Shown: in pieces, positions 20,801 through 37,309 of the stretch
Layout: every line of letters starts with the position of its first letter
Position numbering within the stretch: position 1 is the stretch's first letter
Assembly (NCBI GenBank): GCA_900617105.1
Contig: UYFQ01000413.1
Location: 1 to 39,639 of the forward strand
Source of the DNA: Hydrurus foetidus
Taxonomy: Eukaryota
DNA length: 39,639 bases
Direction: 5' to 3'
The notes under the pieces: model-generated
Told to the model about the DNA's origin: nothing
Seen by the model: only the letters and a program-made list of their open reading frames with translations
Database searches by the model: none
Made by a program: the position numbers and the translations under genes

Positions 20801-21880
20801 CCCCCTCCTTCCTCCACCTTCCCTCACCCCTCCCTCCCTCCCTCCCCCTCCCTCTCACTTCCCCTCACTCACTCACTCACCCTCCCCACTCCCTTTCCCC
20901 TGTCATCACATTAACTTCTCCTGATTAAGTCAGGAATCCATTCAAGCTGACTCAGTCTCCACCCTTCATTCACCCTCCTGCCAAAACAAGGATCGAAGAT
21001 CCGCCCGCCAACTTCATCTTCCATTCAGATCCACCCATGATTATCCATTGTCTAGTCCATTTGTCAATATTTCCATTTCTTCCTTTCCCATTTTCCCCTC
21101 TTTCATTTACTTTGTGTCCATTTTCTTTCTTTTCTCTTTTCTGATATTTTTTTATCAATCAGTCTTGATTTTTGATTTCACCTAGCTTTCCCTCACTACT
21201 CTCACTAATCGATCTCTGGTTATCTCCTCTCTCCTCCTCTATCTATTACTCTTCCTCTCCTCGGACCAACCATCACATTCTCATTATCTTCATCTCTTTT
21301 CCTCTTTTTCTTCCAAGATCGTCATCAGTCCATTGATCCATCCATCCTTCATCTGTCCACTGTTCCTCCATTCCTCCATCCTCCCTCTTTTATTTCATCC
21401 ATTCTTCTGACACTCTGTCCCTCCTTCCTTCCTATCCCCTCTATTCTTATTCATTCCTGCCTTTCTTTCCCTGCTAACAACTATCGATCCTACTTATTCA
21501 AATCACTTTCCACAGATTTTCATCAGTTTTTACAACCTCTACCATCCACTATTTCCACTTTTCCCTCTCCCTATTTATTTCTTTTTCCTCCTACCTTTTC
21601 CTATCAGTCTCTATTCCTTTTTATTACTTACACATTGCTTTTCCTTCCCATCTATTTTTATCTATCCCTATTAAATACATTTTATGCTTTTTATTTTTAA
21701 CTTTGCAGGCCTTTGCTGTGGAACCAGATATGTTGCCCAGCTCGGTCACCACTAAATCATTTTCAATCTTACAGGTGCATTCCAACTCCATATTCTCCCC
21801 ACCCCCCCACTTCTTTTCTTTCATTTTTTCTTTCATTTTTTCATTCGTTCTTTCTTTCTTTGTTTCTTTCTTTGTTTTTT

Positions 21881-21960
<80 letters not shown>

Positions 21961-24900
21961 CTACTTTTCCACTCTTCTTATCTTCCTCCTCCCATATCAC
22001 TCTCAACTTTGCTCTTTTTTGTTTTTTTCTGATCCTGTCTACCCGCCTAGTCCCACAGTACCCTTCTTAACCGCACATTATTCGCACAACCTCACTATGC
22101 TTTTCCAGCCCACAACACCCCACTATCTTGATTCTATTCAATTAACGAATTACTTCTAATATCCGTAGAGGGCATCTTCTCCGCACTTAGTGCCGCTGCC
22201 TGACCGTACGTACATCGGAGGTCTGTCTGTTACGCCTATTTGCGGGGTAAGCTAATGCTTAAAAACAAAAATGCGATGTAAAGGAGTGTGTGAGGATGGA
22301 GATGCGCAACAATTGGAGTTTTCGATGATATTGTGCGCTACTGCCTATCATCTCATTTGATGTAACATAATGTGATGTTATGTAACATAATGTGATGTCA
22401 TGTAATGTGATGTTATGTAATATAATGTGATGCGGTGAAGACTGATTCTGCTATCCCCCGTACTGCAATTCATCGAATCGAATTGCATGATCTTGATCCA
22501 TGCGCTACACTTCTCTTCCCTCTCTCCCACTTACCCCTACACTGTCTTATTTCAACTTTGTCCTCCCTCCTCTCTCTTTTATCCCCCCATCCTCCCTCCA
22601 TTACTCCCTTCCTCCCACTACCTACTCACCTCTCCATCTCTCACTCCCCCCTTCCTTTCTCTCAGGATCAGTCTACCACAGGCGGTATAGTGTACTTCAC
22701 CACTGACGGCAAGAGCACCCCTTCTGACAAATCCAGTCACGTGTTGTGCGGGGAGAGCATCTTGCTGAAAGCGCCAGGAAGGTACGGTACAATATGTTGG
22801 GGTGTCGTGTGGTGTAGAGTAGTGTGATCTGTTGTGTGCGGTGTAGTGTAGTGTATTGTGATGTGGTGAGTAGTCTTGTCTTGTTGTGTTGTAGTGCAGT
22901 GTGGTGTACTCTCTCCTCTCCCCTCCCATCTCCCTCCTCTCTCTTTTTCACAATCAATTACTCGCTCATTCCCTCCCTTCTTCCCCCCTCACTAACCGAT
23001 CAATCTTCCCTCTTTCCTGCAGGTACACCGTGCGAGCTTTCCTTCGACAAACAGGACTGAGCGACTCATCAGTATTCCAGGTACCAAGGACTACTAAATC
23101 CGACAATCTGACAACATTTGGGAACAATTCTGACCATCTACCCCGTTAAGGACTGTACTACACGGAGACGATTTCTGCTGAAGAAATTGGGCTCCTATAG
23201 AATGGCCCCGAGGGGATTGAAAGAATGTCGGATTCAAAACAAAGCAGCATTTTTCAGTATTTTCTTGAAGCACATTTGACGAATAGAGAATGATAACCGT
23301 TGTTTTCAGTGGTCATTTCACAAAAAATGGTATCGCTGTTTAGTTGTGACCTCGACTATAAAAGAATGGAGTTTAGAGAGGCAAATTGTGTGTGAGGGAG
23401 GGGTAAGGGAAGAGTTCTGAATCGAAATTATGCAAATATACACCGCTGTCATTCTGTTTGATCGTCGATAAACATTATCCAAGGAAATATTGCCTTCTCT
23501 TTGTTGTGCTGCTGTCAACTGATTGCATTGTAACTCATGTGCACGTACGATATTCACAGGGGATGTACGTACTTACCCGCCCTCCTTTCGAAGAAATCCG
23601 CATAGCACCTGACAGAACAGACAAAGGAGAAGAAGGTGTGGGAGGAGGAGGAGGAGGAGGAGGTACTTTACTTTAATATACTTCACTTTATTCCATTTCA
23701 CTTGACTTTTCTTTATTTTACTTTATTTCACTTAACTTTGTTTCACCATTCGTGTGTTTTTATCTATCCTAATATCTCATCTACATATCCAACACAGATT
23801 ATGTGGATCGATTTGCCAGAGTGGAAGTGCGGTCAATCGAAAAGGTGAGTACTTACGAACATACACACATGCGTCAGTACTTGCATACGTATTCTTGAAA
23901 ACAATATGCTTACATATCAAGAATCGTGGTTAACTGCTGATCCACATTTAATCTGGACTCACCCCGTATACACGACAATCCACACACATTATCTATACCG
24001 TACTTAAAACTGGAAACGTACGGTACAGATAGTGTGTGTGGATTGTCGTGTTCAGGGGGTGGTTCCAGATCAAAAGTGGATCAGCAATTAAAGACGATCG
24101 TTGAGATATGATTGAAATCATTTGAACACACACATACACGTACGAACAAAGATGACACGTGCATCCGTATCTCTGTACGTATGCACGTACTAGTTGTGAG
24201 TAGAATTGCGTGAAGTTTCATTCTGCAAACAGAGCACATATAGTGTGCATACGTGCAATCACACTATTCTGTACGCACATCACCCTTACTTTCATGCATG
24301 CCTCCATCCTTAAACACACATGTACGTACATGTGAACACATCCACCCACCCACCCATCTACCTTACATAGATGCAAAGGTGCATACGTACATAAATACGT
24401 GGCACAAACGTACAAATTTGCGTGTTCAAACATCCTATGTATGACAGAGCAGCAAACTTTTTAATTTGCACTGAACTCTCAACACTAACACTACATGTTT
24501 TCGCAATTGGACAGACAATAATCACCAAATCTAATGGAGTCACATCAAAATACGATAAACACGGAAATGATCTGGAATCCGTGGAATTTTTTGAAAGTGC
24601 TACGTGTGCTGTTGTGAGGGTTGTCAGAGGAAGATTTGTAGTGCTGCATAATCCTGCTGGAAGATTTGACTTGTTAGGGCCCGTTACAGGGGTTTTGGGG
24701 GGTAGAAATCATATTGAGAGGGAGTCTTTTTCTTTTTCTATTCCAGATAATGGCACAGATGGGATCGAAGAGAGTGGGGTGGGTGGGGTGATGGGTGGTG
24801 ATGTGGTGAAGGAGAGGGAGGGGGAGAGGGAGATGGGGAGAGAGGGGGAGAAGGAGGAAAAGAAGGGGAGAGAAGAGGGTGATATGCTGACCAGCAACAC

Positions 24901-27900
24901 TGACATCCCTCTCCGCTATAAAAATAACGGACGTGATGGTAGCCACGTTAAACTTAATAGTGACATTGAAAGAAGCACTACCTCGCCATCCTCCCCTCTC
25001 TGCGAGGTAGTGTCCAGTGTAGGCGCGCACGACAAACTCACTGGAACGTTCTTCGGCAATGTGGTTTCCCAGGGGAATGTTCTCCAGGAATCTTCTGTGC
25101 ACAATGTTCACTTCGGAGTACGTAACGGAACGTTCTTCACTGGGTACTTGGATCCGTCCATTCCGCTAATCTCACAAAGTAAGAATTAGAATATTTAAGA
25201 TTCACACGAATGAGAGTGACGCGAGTTAGATTGAGAGCGAGGATGACAGTTAGAGTGATATCGTTGCGTGCATTATATCACAATTTGGAATAAATCATGT
25301 TTGGTTGAATAGTCCGTTTTGTGCCTAACTACCCACATGCCCCTTTCTCAGTCAGTCCTCTCATCCCTCTCCCCTTTCTTTCCTCTCTTCCGTCCTTTTG
25401 CTCCACTCCTGCTTTTCTTTTTTCCCTAAGAATTCGAATCGTTGATGTCTGGTGTGGGATGGTTGGTCAGAGACGGGTCTTCCTACATCTCTGAAAACAT
25501 CTCGCCTTCAGGGGATAACGAAACAAAAACCGCCTTGTCTCTGTCCCTTCCTCTACCTCCTTCTCTTCCTTCTATCAGTTCCGATGATGACTGTTGGTTT
25601 ACATTTCTGCCATACTCGGATGCCGACACAGAGTCGCAATTTCGCTCTCCGTCTAACTCGGGATTCCTCACTCAGTCTGACCCACACTCAGCCTCTCATT
25701 CTGACCCATCCATCCTCTTCAATTCTCAGTCATATTCTGACTCATCCTCTCTGTCTAGCAGTGCGTCATCCGAATCGTCCCTCACCTCCATATCTGCCAG
25801 ATCCGTCATAGGGTGCGACGTTAAAGGTAAACTCCTGCTACTGCAAATAGACGGATCAACAGGGTCGGCCGGGGAGGGGAGCGGGATGACTTTGCTAGAA
25901 GTCGCAGATCTGGCGGTGGAACTTGGGTTTCATTCTGGAATAAACTTGATAGCTGGCGTGAGCATGAGTGTGAACGGGAGTGTGGTTTCCCTCGCAACAG
26001 ACGCCTGTCCGCCTAGGGATGAAGAGCAGAATGGGGGGACAGAGAATGGGGCTGAGTATTTCAAGTGTTCTGGAGTCATCACGGGCACATACGCATGCAT
26101 CCACTCCCTCCCGACTCCTTTTCCCTCCTCTTCCTTCCCTTCTGTCTCGCCTATTTCCCCTCCTTCTCCTTCATTTCCCTCCCCTCCCTCATTACCTTCT
26201 TCACCCTCTATATCTCCCCCCTCATCTCTTTCTTCTCCCTCTCTACCTGCCCCCGAATCTGCCAATCCCCCCGCAGCACACCCCACACACACACCCAACA
26301 ATTGGCCTCCTTGGGTGAATGGGGATGAAGGAGGAGCAGGGGGAGACGACTACTACTCCACCCCCCACCCCTCCTCTACCCGTGACTCCAATACGGGAGC
26401 AATGACTGACAATGACAATTTATCAGGCAATCTTACCCTCTCTACCGCATCCTTCCATTCCCTGCAAGATTCGGCTATTTTTTACCGTTTTTCCTCGGAA
26501 GTTTTGTTAGGATTGCTCGCAGCTTCCGTATTGGTGAATATATTCCTATTTGCAAGATCACGAAAAAACGGGAAAAATCGTCATTTCGCTGAGAAAGGTG
26601 AAGAACACTTTTTACTTTTTACTTACTTGCGATTATGTGGGGTGTTGTATTGTTCCTCACATACTACTCATTTTCATTGACTCGTTACGTAACACGTTAT
26701 CCTATACTATCCTCTGTATCCTATCCCACCCTCGTGTATCTAGTAGCCCACTCAGAAACTACCAGTCTATTTCAAGTAACTTCTCACTCATCTCATCTCA
26801 TCTTATCTTATCTCTCTCTACTTGCCTCATCCCATTCCCGTCTTTCCCTCTCTGTTATCATTCACTCCACCTCTCTCTCTCGTCACATTAATTCGCTCAT
26901 CTTCACTCCTCTTATTCCATAACACCTCTCTCCCTCCCTTTTTTACATCATATCTCATTTCATCTCTCTCATTCTCCGTCTATCTCTATTCTGATATTCA
27001 CCTCTCTTTCTTTCTCTCCTTTGTTAACTTCCTCTCCCTCTCTTCCTCACTAGGAATCGAAGGGAGGGCATCTAGTCTGGAATCTGGTCCACGATCCCAG
27101 CAAGCGCACTCACGACACAACGTGGAGCCCGAAGCTGAGCAATCCGATCACGGCTATCCCGACTCTTCACAAGGTACTTCACTGATTTCATGTTATACAA
27201 ATATTGTTCATCATGAAGTGCAGCGCGTTGCATCATGCTATATTTCAGTGAAGTCTGATGAAGTATGATATAGTAAAAACAGAAGGTGCTGTAGCGAGAC
27301 CGAACAGTACAGTGCGGATAAATATATATCATATTAACAATCCTATAAATCTATCACATGCCTTCTCTCTCCCACTTTTCTTCTTTCTTTTTCTCTCCCT
27401 CTCCCTATTCTTCTCTTCCCGCTCTCTGTCTCTGTCTCTCTCTCTTTCTTTCTATTTTTTTCTCTTCATCTCAATCTCTTTCACAGCCTTTAGTTTGAAG
27501 AGTGGAGAGGGCGAGAGGGGAGGAACGGGTTCAGGGACAGGGGTGGGTACCGACAGAGACTGGAGGAAACAACTCAGGTGATAATTATGTAACTGAAACG
27601 AACATTATTTGACGCTCACTCTCACTCTTAGTCTCACTCTTACTCTTTCTCATTGTATTCTTATTCTCATTATTCAAACTTATGTGCATGTAGTGAGATG
27701 AAGTTCTCTATTGATGATAGTAGTAGTGAGGAAGAGGGTGGGAGAAGAGAAAGAGAAAGAGGTAGTGAAAGCAGTAGAGCACCCACTGTATTCAGCACGT
27801 ACATGCCGCAGTCAGCCAATGAAAAAGGCTACAGAAACAACGCACAAGAGGGTGGACTGAAAAACAAAAATAAGGGTGGGGTTTTAGGGGGTCTGTTTGG

Positions 27901-28216
27901 TGCCCAGAATAACGGTTCCTCCAAGAAAACAAGATCTACTAAACACGGAAATGGATCAAGCAGTGAATACTGCCAAGTTGAAGTACGATCCGATGACAGT
28001 GACGACAACTACAACTTCAATGACGATAGAGGTAGTGCAAGAAGTAGTGGTGGTGGGAGGCATAGTGACAGTGACAGTAGAACTAATGGGAGTGGAGGAG
28101 GGGGAGGGAAGGGAGGTGGAGGGAGTGTTCGAGGTAGTGTGAGTAGGGAGGACGGGGGTAGGAGCGAAGAGAGGGAGAGGGACAGTGCTGTCAATCCCTT
28201 TCACAGAACGAGGTGA
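17848..28216 (+). CDS. Multi-exon type I membrane protein: signal peptide, three CHB_HEX_C/Fn3-associated modules, NAGPA (phosphodiester glycosidase)-like domain, Pro/Ser stalk, TM helix, cytosolic tail
   Basis: Manually phased GT-AG exons: 17848-18005, 18317-18417, 18779-18841, 19427-19519, 20275-20457, 21709-21774, 22169-22246, 22666-22781, 23023-23080, 23560-23662 (or -23634), 23798-23844, 24515-25178, 25431-26597, 27054-27173, 27487-27577, 27694-28216. Repeats: IFCATEGSTIFYSIDG, LSSGTVGSRIYYNV, GGIVYFTTDGKSTP. NAGPA-like segments: GNVVSQG, NVHFGVRNGTFFTGYL, LMSGVGWLVRDG, ISARSVIGCDVKGKLLLLQIDG, GMTLLEVA. TM: VLLGLLAASVLVNIFLFA. One junction (20457/21709) is out of phase. Confidence 0.8.
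19796..19910. repeat. Intronic purine-rich tandem repeat, about 34-bp unit, about 3 copies
   Basis: GGAAAGGAAAGGACAGGAAAGGAGAAGAAAAATA repeated. Confidence 0.8.
21845..21960. repeat. (TTTC)n microsatellite, intronic
   Basis: Directly visible. Confidence 0.9.
23913..24110. repeat. Long imperfect inverted repeat (foldback), intronic
   Basis: Arms of about 90 bp (23913-24003 and 24018-24110) are reverse complements, e.g. ACACGACAATCCACACACA / TGTGTGTGGATTGTCGTGT and TGCTGATCCAC / GTGGATCAGCA, around a 14-nt loop. Confidence 0.9.
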
Positions 28217-29268
28217 CATGACAACATATCAAATCACCTGTATCTCTCCCTCTTCCTCTACCTCTACTTTCCTATGCACACACCGTCCTGTCCAATTCAT
28301 ACAGTACCATGTTTATCTTACCGTGTCCGTTAATTTTTACGAGAAATACGGCTACGTGACCTCTTGCCCTCTATTCCCTGTTTGTCCCACCCACCCAACT
28401 TCACCTCACTTCGGTGCCTCACCTAACCTTACCTCACTATGGTTTCTCCTCTTCTCGGACATCACATTACCTTACCCTACATCATCTTTTCACAATGTAG
28501 TGTACCGTACTTTATTGCACCATACCATCTCGAGATAGGCCATGTCATCCCATTTTCGTGACTATTCGAGATATTTCTTTTAATTACTCCTCGATATTGC
28601 TCCATTTAAATTACTCCATCTCAATCCAAGCGCCAACACCCTCCCTTACATGTCTCGTCCTCTCCTGCACCGTACTGTACATTCCTCCTTTCCATCTTTT
28701 CAGTCCCTCAAGTTACTGTTTGTTCTTTCTAATTTACTTGTGTAAATTGTAAATAACAACTATCACTCCATCGTCTCTAATGCTTCCAACTTACCGTCGC
28801 ATCACCAGTAAGTCTGATCTCAATCCATTCTCATCGTCTCTTCTCTTTCTGAGTGAGAGATGACGAGGCGTCGCTTGTAACCGCATATAGATGATGAAGA
28901 TGACAGTGCTATGTGACGATTCGATGACATTATTATTACAGTATGTACTAGAAATAGAGGAGAGGACAGGGCAGGACTGTAGTGTGGGTACAGGGATAGA
29001 TAGAGGGGAGACGAGATGATATGTCCAGATGGTCCTACATGGAGTCACAAGCAAGCGATGTGGTGTATTGTGACAGCATCATACAGCATTATACCGCACT
29101 ATGCTGCGCTAGGCCCTGATGTGATGCGTTCAGTGAAGCTGCGATCGATTCATACTACACTTCACTCCACTGCGTCCCACTGCACTTCACTATGCTAAAC
29201 CACGTGAAGAGAAGAGGAAGGAGGTCGGGTGGACTGTGCTGAGGACATGAGAAAAAAAAACAGAACAA

Positions 29269-32200
29269 CTAGTTCTCGTCTGGGCTGTACTCTTCACTTC
29301 CTCCTCCTCCTCCACTACCACTACCACTACCACTCTTATGTAGCCCATCAGAAGAAGAAGAAGGCAAAGCAGCAGAAGAAGAGATTTTCTTGGCGGGGCT
29401 CTTCAGTCTGTCAGCAGGGAAGGAGGAGACCACTCTGCCCCAGAGGGGGTACACATCATTGTCCTTATCATCGAACAACAGACTCACAGGAGCAGTGACT
29501 GACAGCCATAACTTCTGATCGTATTCGAGAGGGAGCTGATTGGGCAGCCACACCTACAAGAAGGAAGAAAAAAGAAAGTAAGGAAAGGAGTAAGTGAGAG
29601 AGAGTACGGGGTAGGGGTAGGTTTGAGAGGAGGGAAGGATGAAGGGAGAGAGAAAGAGAAATGGGAGGAATGAAACAGAAAAATGAAAGAAGAAAGGGGG
29701 AAAACAGAAGGAAAAAGAGGGGAGAGAGGAATGAAAAAAAACAAAGAGAAGAACGAGTAGAGGGAGAGGAAGGAAGAAGTGAAGGGAGAAAGAGAGGGGA
29801 AGGATAGAAACTGTTTGATCGCGATCAACCACATTTCATTTCCTACAATAATTGACTTCACTAGTGTGCATTTTACTCCCACTTGCAATCATCGATTGGG
29901 TTAGCGTGAAGATATGCTATACATGATAAGATGAATTGGCCGATGGATGGAGGGGGAGTGTTGGGAGTTAGATAGATGGTTAAATGCATAGACTGACTCA
30001 CAGACAGACAGATAGATAGACAGACAGTAAGACTCACCGTTGCCCATTGAAAGAACTTGAAGTCGGTGGGTAACGCGTCCTTGGTCATACACAGCTCGTT
30101 CGCCATGGCGGTATTGGGACTGCCGTGCGTACGTACATGTATAAGTACAACGTGAAGTGCGCATAGAGCAGGACATAAAAAGTGGGGAATAGAGAGGGCG
30201 AAAAGGGATGAATCAAAAGGTGAAACATGTACAGATGGGAGATAGATGTGAGAAGAGAGAGGGAGAAAAAATTAAGGTACACAAGAGTGGGGGAGAGAAA
30301 AGGAGGTTGAAGTACTTGGAGCAGAGTAGAGTGGAGTAGAAGAGATGAGAAAAAGGGCTACTTGAGTGCCCTCGCAAACAGTGTAATATGTCCAGTGAAA
30401 TACTATCAGTCTCCATCTCATTCTTCATCTCATCTCGAGTGTTATCATATGACATGATATGACGTAACATTGCATGGCAAGGAGGCGTAGGGGCTTTTCA
30501 GTGTTAACACCGTGGGAGTAGGTGTCTTTCCTTCTCTTCTCATCACATTTCTTTTCTTTCGTACGTATGTCTGTCTATTTATACACACATCTTACTGTGT
30601 GTTATCTCTCTAATTTTCTGTCAGTCTGTCAGTCTGTCTGTCTGTCTGTCAGTCAGTCTGTCTGATTTACTGTTGGTCTGTCTATGTTTTGAGGTGAATG
30701 TGTTGGTATGAAGTCAGCTGAAGCTGTCTCGATAGCGAACAGTCTACGGACATACACATGACATGATCAAACTCATTGACTCGCTCTCAGCGATTGCACA
30801 GTAAGACGCACCTAGAGATAGGCAGAAAGGCAGACAGGTAGATATTCACGCAGATAGACAGGCACCCACTAACATATCCATTCATTCACACATATACACA
30901 CTCACATATACATTCAGTCACACATATACACACTCACATATACATTCAGTCACACATACACGCATACATACATATACATTCAGTCACACATACACCCACT
31001 CACATATACATTCAGTCACACATACACCCACTCACATATACATTCAGTCACACATACACCCACTCACATATACATTCAGTCACACATACACCCACTCACA
31101 TATACATTCAGTCACACATACACCCACTAACATATACATTCAGTCACACATACACGCATACATACATATACATTCAGTCACACATACACCCACTCACATA
31201 TACATTCAGTCACACATACACCCACTCACATATACATTCAGTCACACATACACCCACTCACATATACATTCAGTCACACATATACCCACTAACATATACA
31301 TTCATTCACGCATACACGCATACATAAATGTGGATTCACATTATCAAAACTTTCCTCCAGATACCTACCGTACCTATGTTCTCTCTCACACACTCACATC
31401 GCATCATATTAAACATAATAGTACCTGAAGAATAGCCGGAATTCGGTATTTCCCGGCAAGCCCCGCCATCCCCGGTTATCTGGAAACCCAACCTGATTAA
31501 ATTTTGAAATAGGAGATGATTAGGATTTTTTTTCGTAGCGTTCATAGTGAGTTTTTTAATTTAAGTAAATGTTGCGTTTAATTTCATTAATGTACCTTGA
31601 AAAAAGTCAGAATTACTTAATTGTTAGGAATATTGTTAAGAATATTCTCAGGAACGTTCTCGAGAATATCATTTTCAGTCATCATGCGATAAATTATTAT
31701 TGATGTGAGATTAACAGAGTAGGAAGATAAAAGTACCATGGATGTCGCTACGTAAGATTGATAAAAGATACAAAACAAAAGTAGAAGTGCAGCATTGCAG
31801 CATCACAGGATGGAGAGTTATGATCGGAATGCTCAGTTCTCACAGTACTGAATAGTCATGATAGAGATTCACTAATCTGGAATTGAAGTGAAATAAGGGC
31901 TGGTAGATTTTGTTTTACCATCATTTACTTATTAAATTCTGTCGATCTCTATCTGCCCCTCACCTTGTTGTGCACCATAGTGAAGGAAGACCCTTTGTTC
32001 TGCTGTCCTCCCAGATACACAGGAGTCTGTCTAAAACTGCGCAACTCTGGGCTGATATCGTTCATCGTGTTTGCGCTCTTGCTGTTCAGTTGATATCCTA
32101 ATGTGCCGTATTCCGTATGCACGTCAGCTACATATATTACTGGAAGGATTTTGGCCAGCTCAGTAAGAGGAGTCTTCAGATCGATGTTGTCAACATCCAC

Positions 32201-32633
32201 GCCATAAGCCTTCGCCATCCGAGGTTTCTCGAAGAATGCTTTCGGGTTAGCTATCACATACGTGCATACGGTTGGCGCCTTCTTTGCTATATCAGTGTTA
32301 TGAAACTTGTGTTTCTCCTCGAGATCTTTCATCGAACCGCATACGGCATTCAAAGCTTCTTTTACTGATAGAGATCGGAGATCTTTGACTAGTAGAGTTC
32401 CACGCGCAGTTACAGGATCACTACCAGTGTAAGGTGCTACATCAACCATTTGCAGAGCCTACATGGTCAAAACCAAAAATGGGGCTGTGAGCTTGAATAA
32501 ATCTCGTTCTTAAAAAGTGCGAATTGATTGTTGCTCTTACGCTTTGAGAAAAACGGCTAGAGAGTAAGCGAAAAGCCTCCGTAGAATGGCATGATGCGAC
32601 GATGGTCACGAGAAGCGCCAGAAAAGACGACAT
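29269..32633 (-). CDS. YqgE/AlgH (DUF179) family protein with bipartite plastid-targeting presequence
   Basis: Five phase-consistent exons: 32633-32541, 32458-31964, 31492-31425, 30119-30038, 29553-29269. Motifs HTEYGTLGYQLN, PVYLGG, DFKFFQWATVWLPNQLPLE and terminal LWGRVV follow the DUF179 pattern. The N-terminus is a hydrophobic signal followed by TEA-F and a Ser/Arg-rich segment. Confidence 0.8.
30863..31325. repeat. Intronic minisatellite, 32-bp unit, about 14 copies
   Basis: Unit CACATATACATTCAGTCACACATACACCCACT with minor variants. Confidence 0.93.
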
Positions 32634-33122
32634 TACTGCAGCAATCTCTCAAAAAGCTCTTGTTGAACACGACCTTTGTCGTGAGATACAGATAATTGAT
32701 TTCAAATGAAACCGAACTGGCGCACCCAAAATGGAATTTCACCTCCTGAACGCCTGTCAGGAATTCTGAGCAGGAGGAAAAGCAGACACCGAAATTTCTC
32801 GCACATAGCACACGGAGAGATCTAGGATTGAGAAGCGATGTGATGATGTAGACGTAGACCGTAGACTGTGAGACTGAGGCACGTACGGTATTGAACAATG
32901 ATCAGTACGGTACGTTCGGGTTAAAGGGTGCGGGATCGCTTATTCCGACAATACTTATGCTTCGGACTTAAGAGTCATTTCTGAAGAAGACGAAGTTCAA
33001 GGGATTTGAGATTTTGATTTTATTTGAAATCAAAGTAGTAGGAAAGGAGCCCAGCTGTGTCGTGACATTTTCTGTGCAAATTTTTCTGCAAGCATTTAGC
33101 ACCAAGCTACTAGCAATTAGCG
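32634..33122. promoter_or_regulatory. Probable bidirectional promoter region
   Basis: 489 bp between two divergent start codons; inferred from geometry only. Confidence 0.55.
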
Positions 33123-36360
<3,238 letters not shown>

Positions 36361-37309
36361 ATCGAAGCACTATCTAAACACATTATAAACACAGTGTAAA
36401 CATAACCTAGTCTAACAAGGGAAGGGAGGAGGAAAAAGGAGGAAAGAAAGGAAAGGGAAAAGGGAACTCAGAATACCTCATGACACGGTTGAACTGTGTG
36501 TCTCAATCCGTCCTGTCTGATTTTAATCAAATACATTTTACAATGGCGGCTGCACTGCACTCACTGCACTGCACTTACGCAATATTCAGCGATATTCAGC
36601 ATGAACTGGTATTTGCGAGCCCCATCCCACCTCTACCCTTTCCTTTTCTATCCTACTATGCAGTCTTCCTTCCCGTCTCTCAGCCCTACTTACCATTACT
36701 TTTTGAACTCCCTTTGTTATTTAGCACCTTCAATATCTCTAAGGCAGTCGGTAAAGACTTCTGTACTAAATGTAGGCTTCTCGCTAAGCATTCTCTCTCT
36801 ATTTCAGCAGGAGTCCACGCTCAAAAGGGAGCAATCAACTGTTTCCTTTTTCTTTCCTCCTCCCTTCTTTTCCGCCTCGCTATTTGGCGTTGCACTCTCC
36901 TCTCTCTTTGCTCCACACCTCTGCATGTGCGAGTGATCGCATTCACAATGAGACGGGAGATACTCCACCTCGCAGCTCAGATGGATTGAGGTTATCAGTA
37001 ACAGAACTGTGGCATTGCAAGTGCATGCCATTATCAGTTACGGAGCGACTACACTTAGATGGTGACTAATAATTAATAATGAAGTTACACGGCATGAGAT
37101 GACGCGGTCAACAGTCGACACGTACAGTACAGCACAGTGCAGTGACAAATCGTGCATGAGCATGAAGTGATCGTACGCTGAATTACACTGACGCTAATTT
37201 GATCCAATCCTATCAATCCGACCTTCTTCACTATCGCATCTGTGACTCAACTAGTGCGTCATCATTTAAATGGAGAAACCCTGGATCGAGTTCCGAATGT
37301 AGTGCGTCA

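Noticed and set aside
19468..22159. Hydrophobic Phe/Leu/Ser-rich ORFs resembling membrane proteins
   Set aside because: Translations of intronic microsatellites and pyrimidine tracts.
30863..31325. Regular repeat array considered as a CRISPR
   Set aside because: Units are contiguous with no unique spacers, there are no cas genes, and it lies in a eukaryotic intron.
36480..36989. 169-aa ORF between cysteine synthase and BMS1
   Set aside because: Low-complexity 3' UTR/intergenic sequence between convergent genes, with no motif support.
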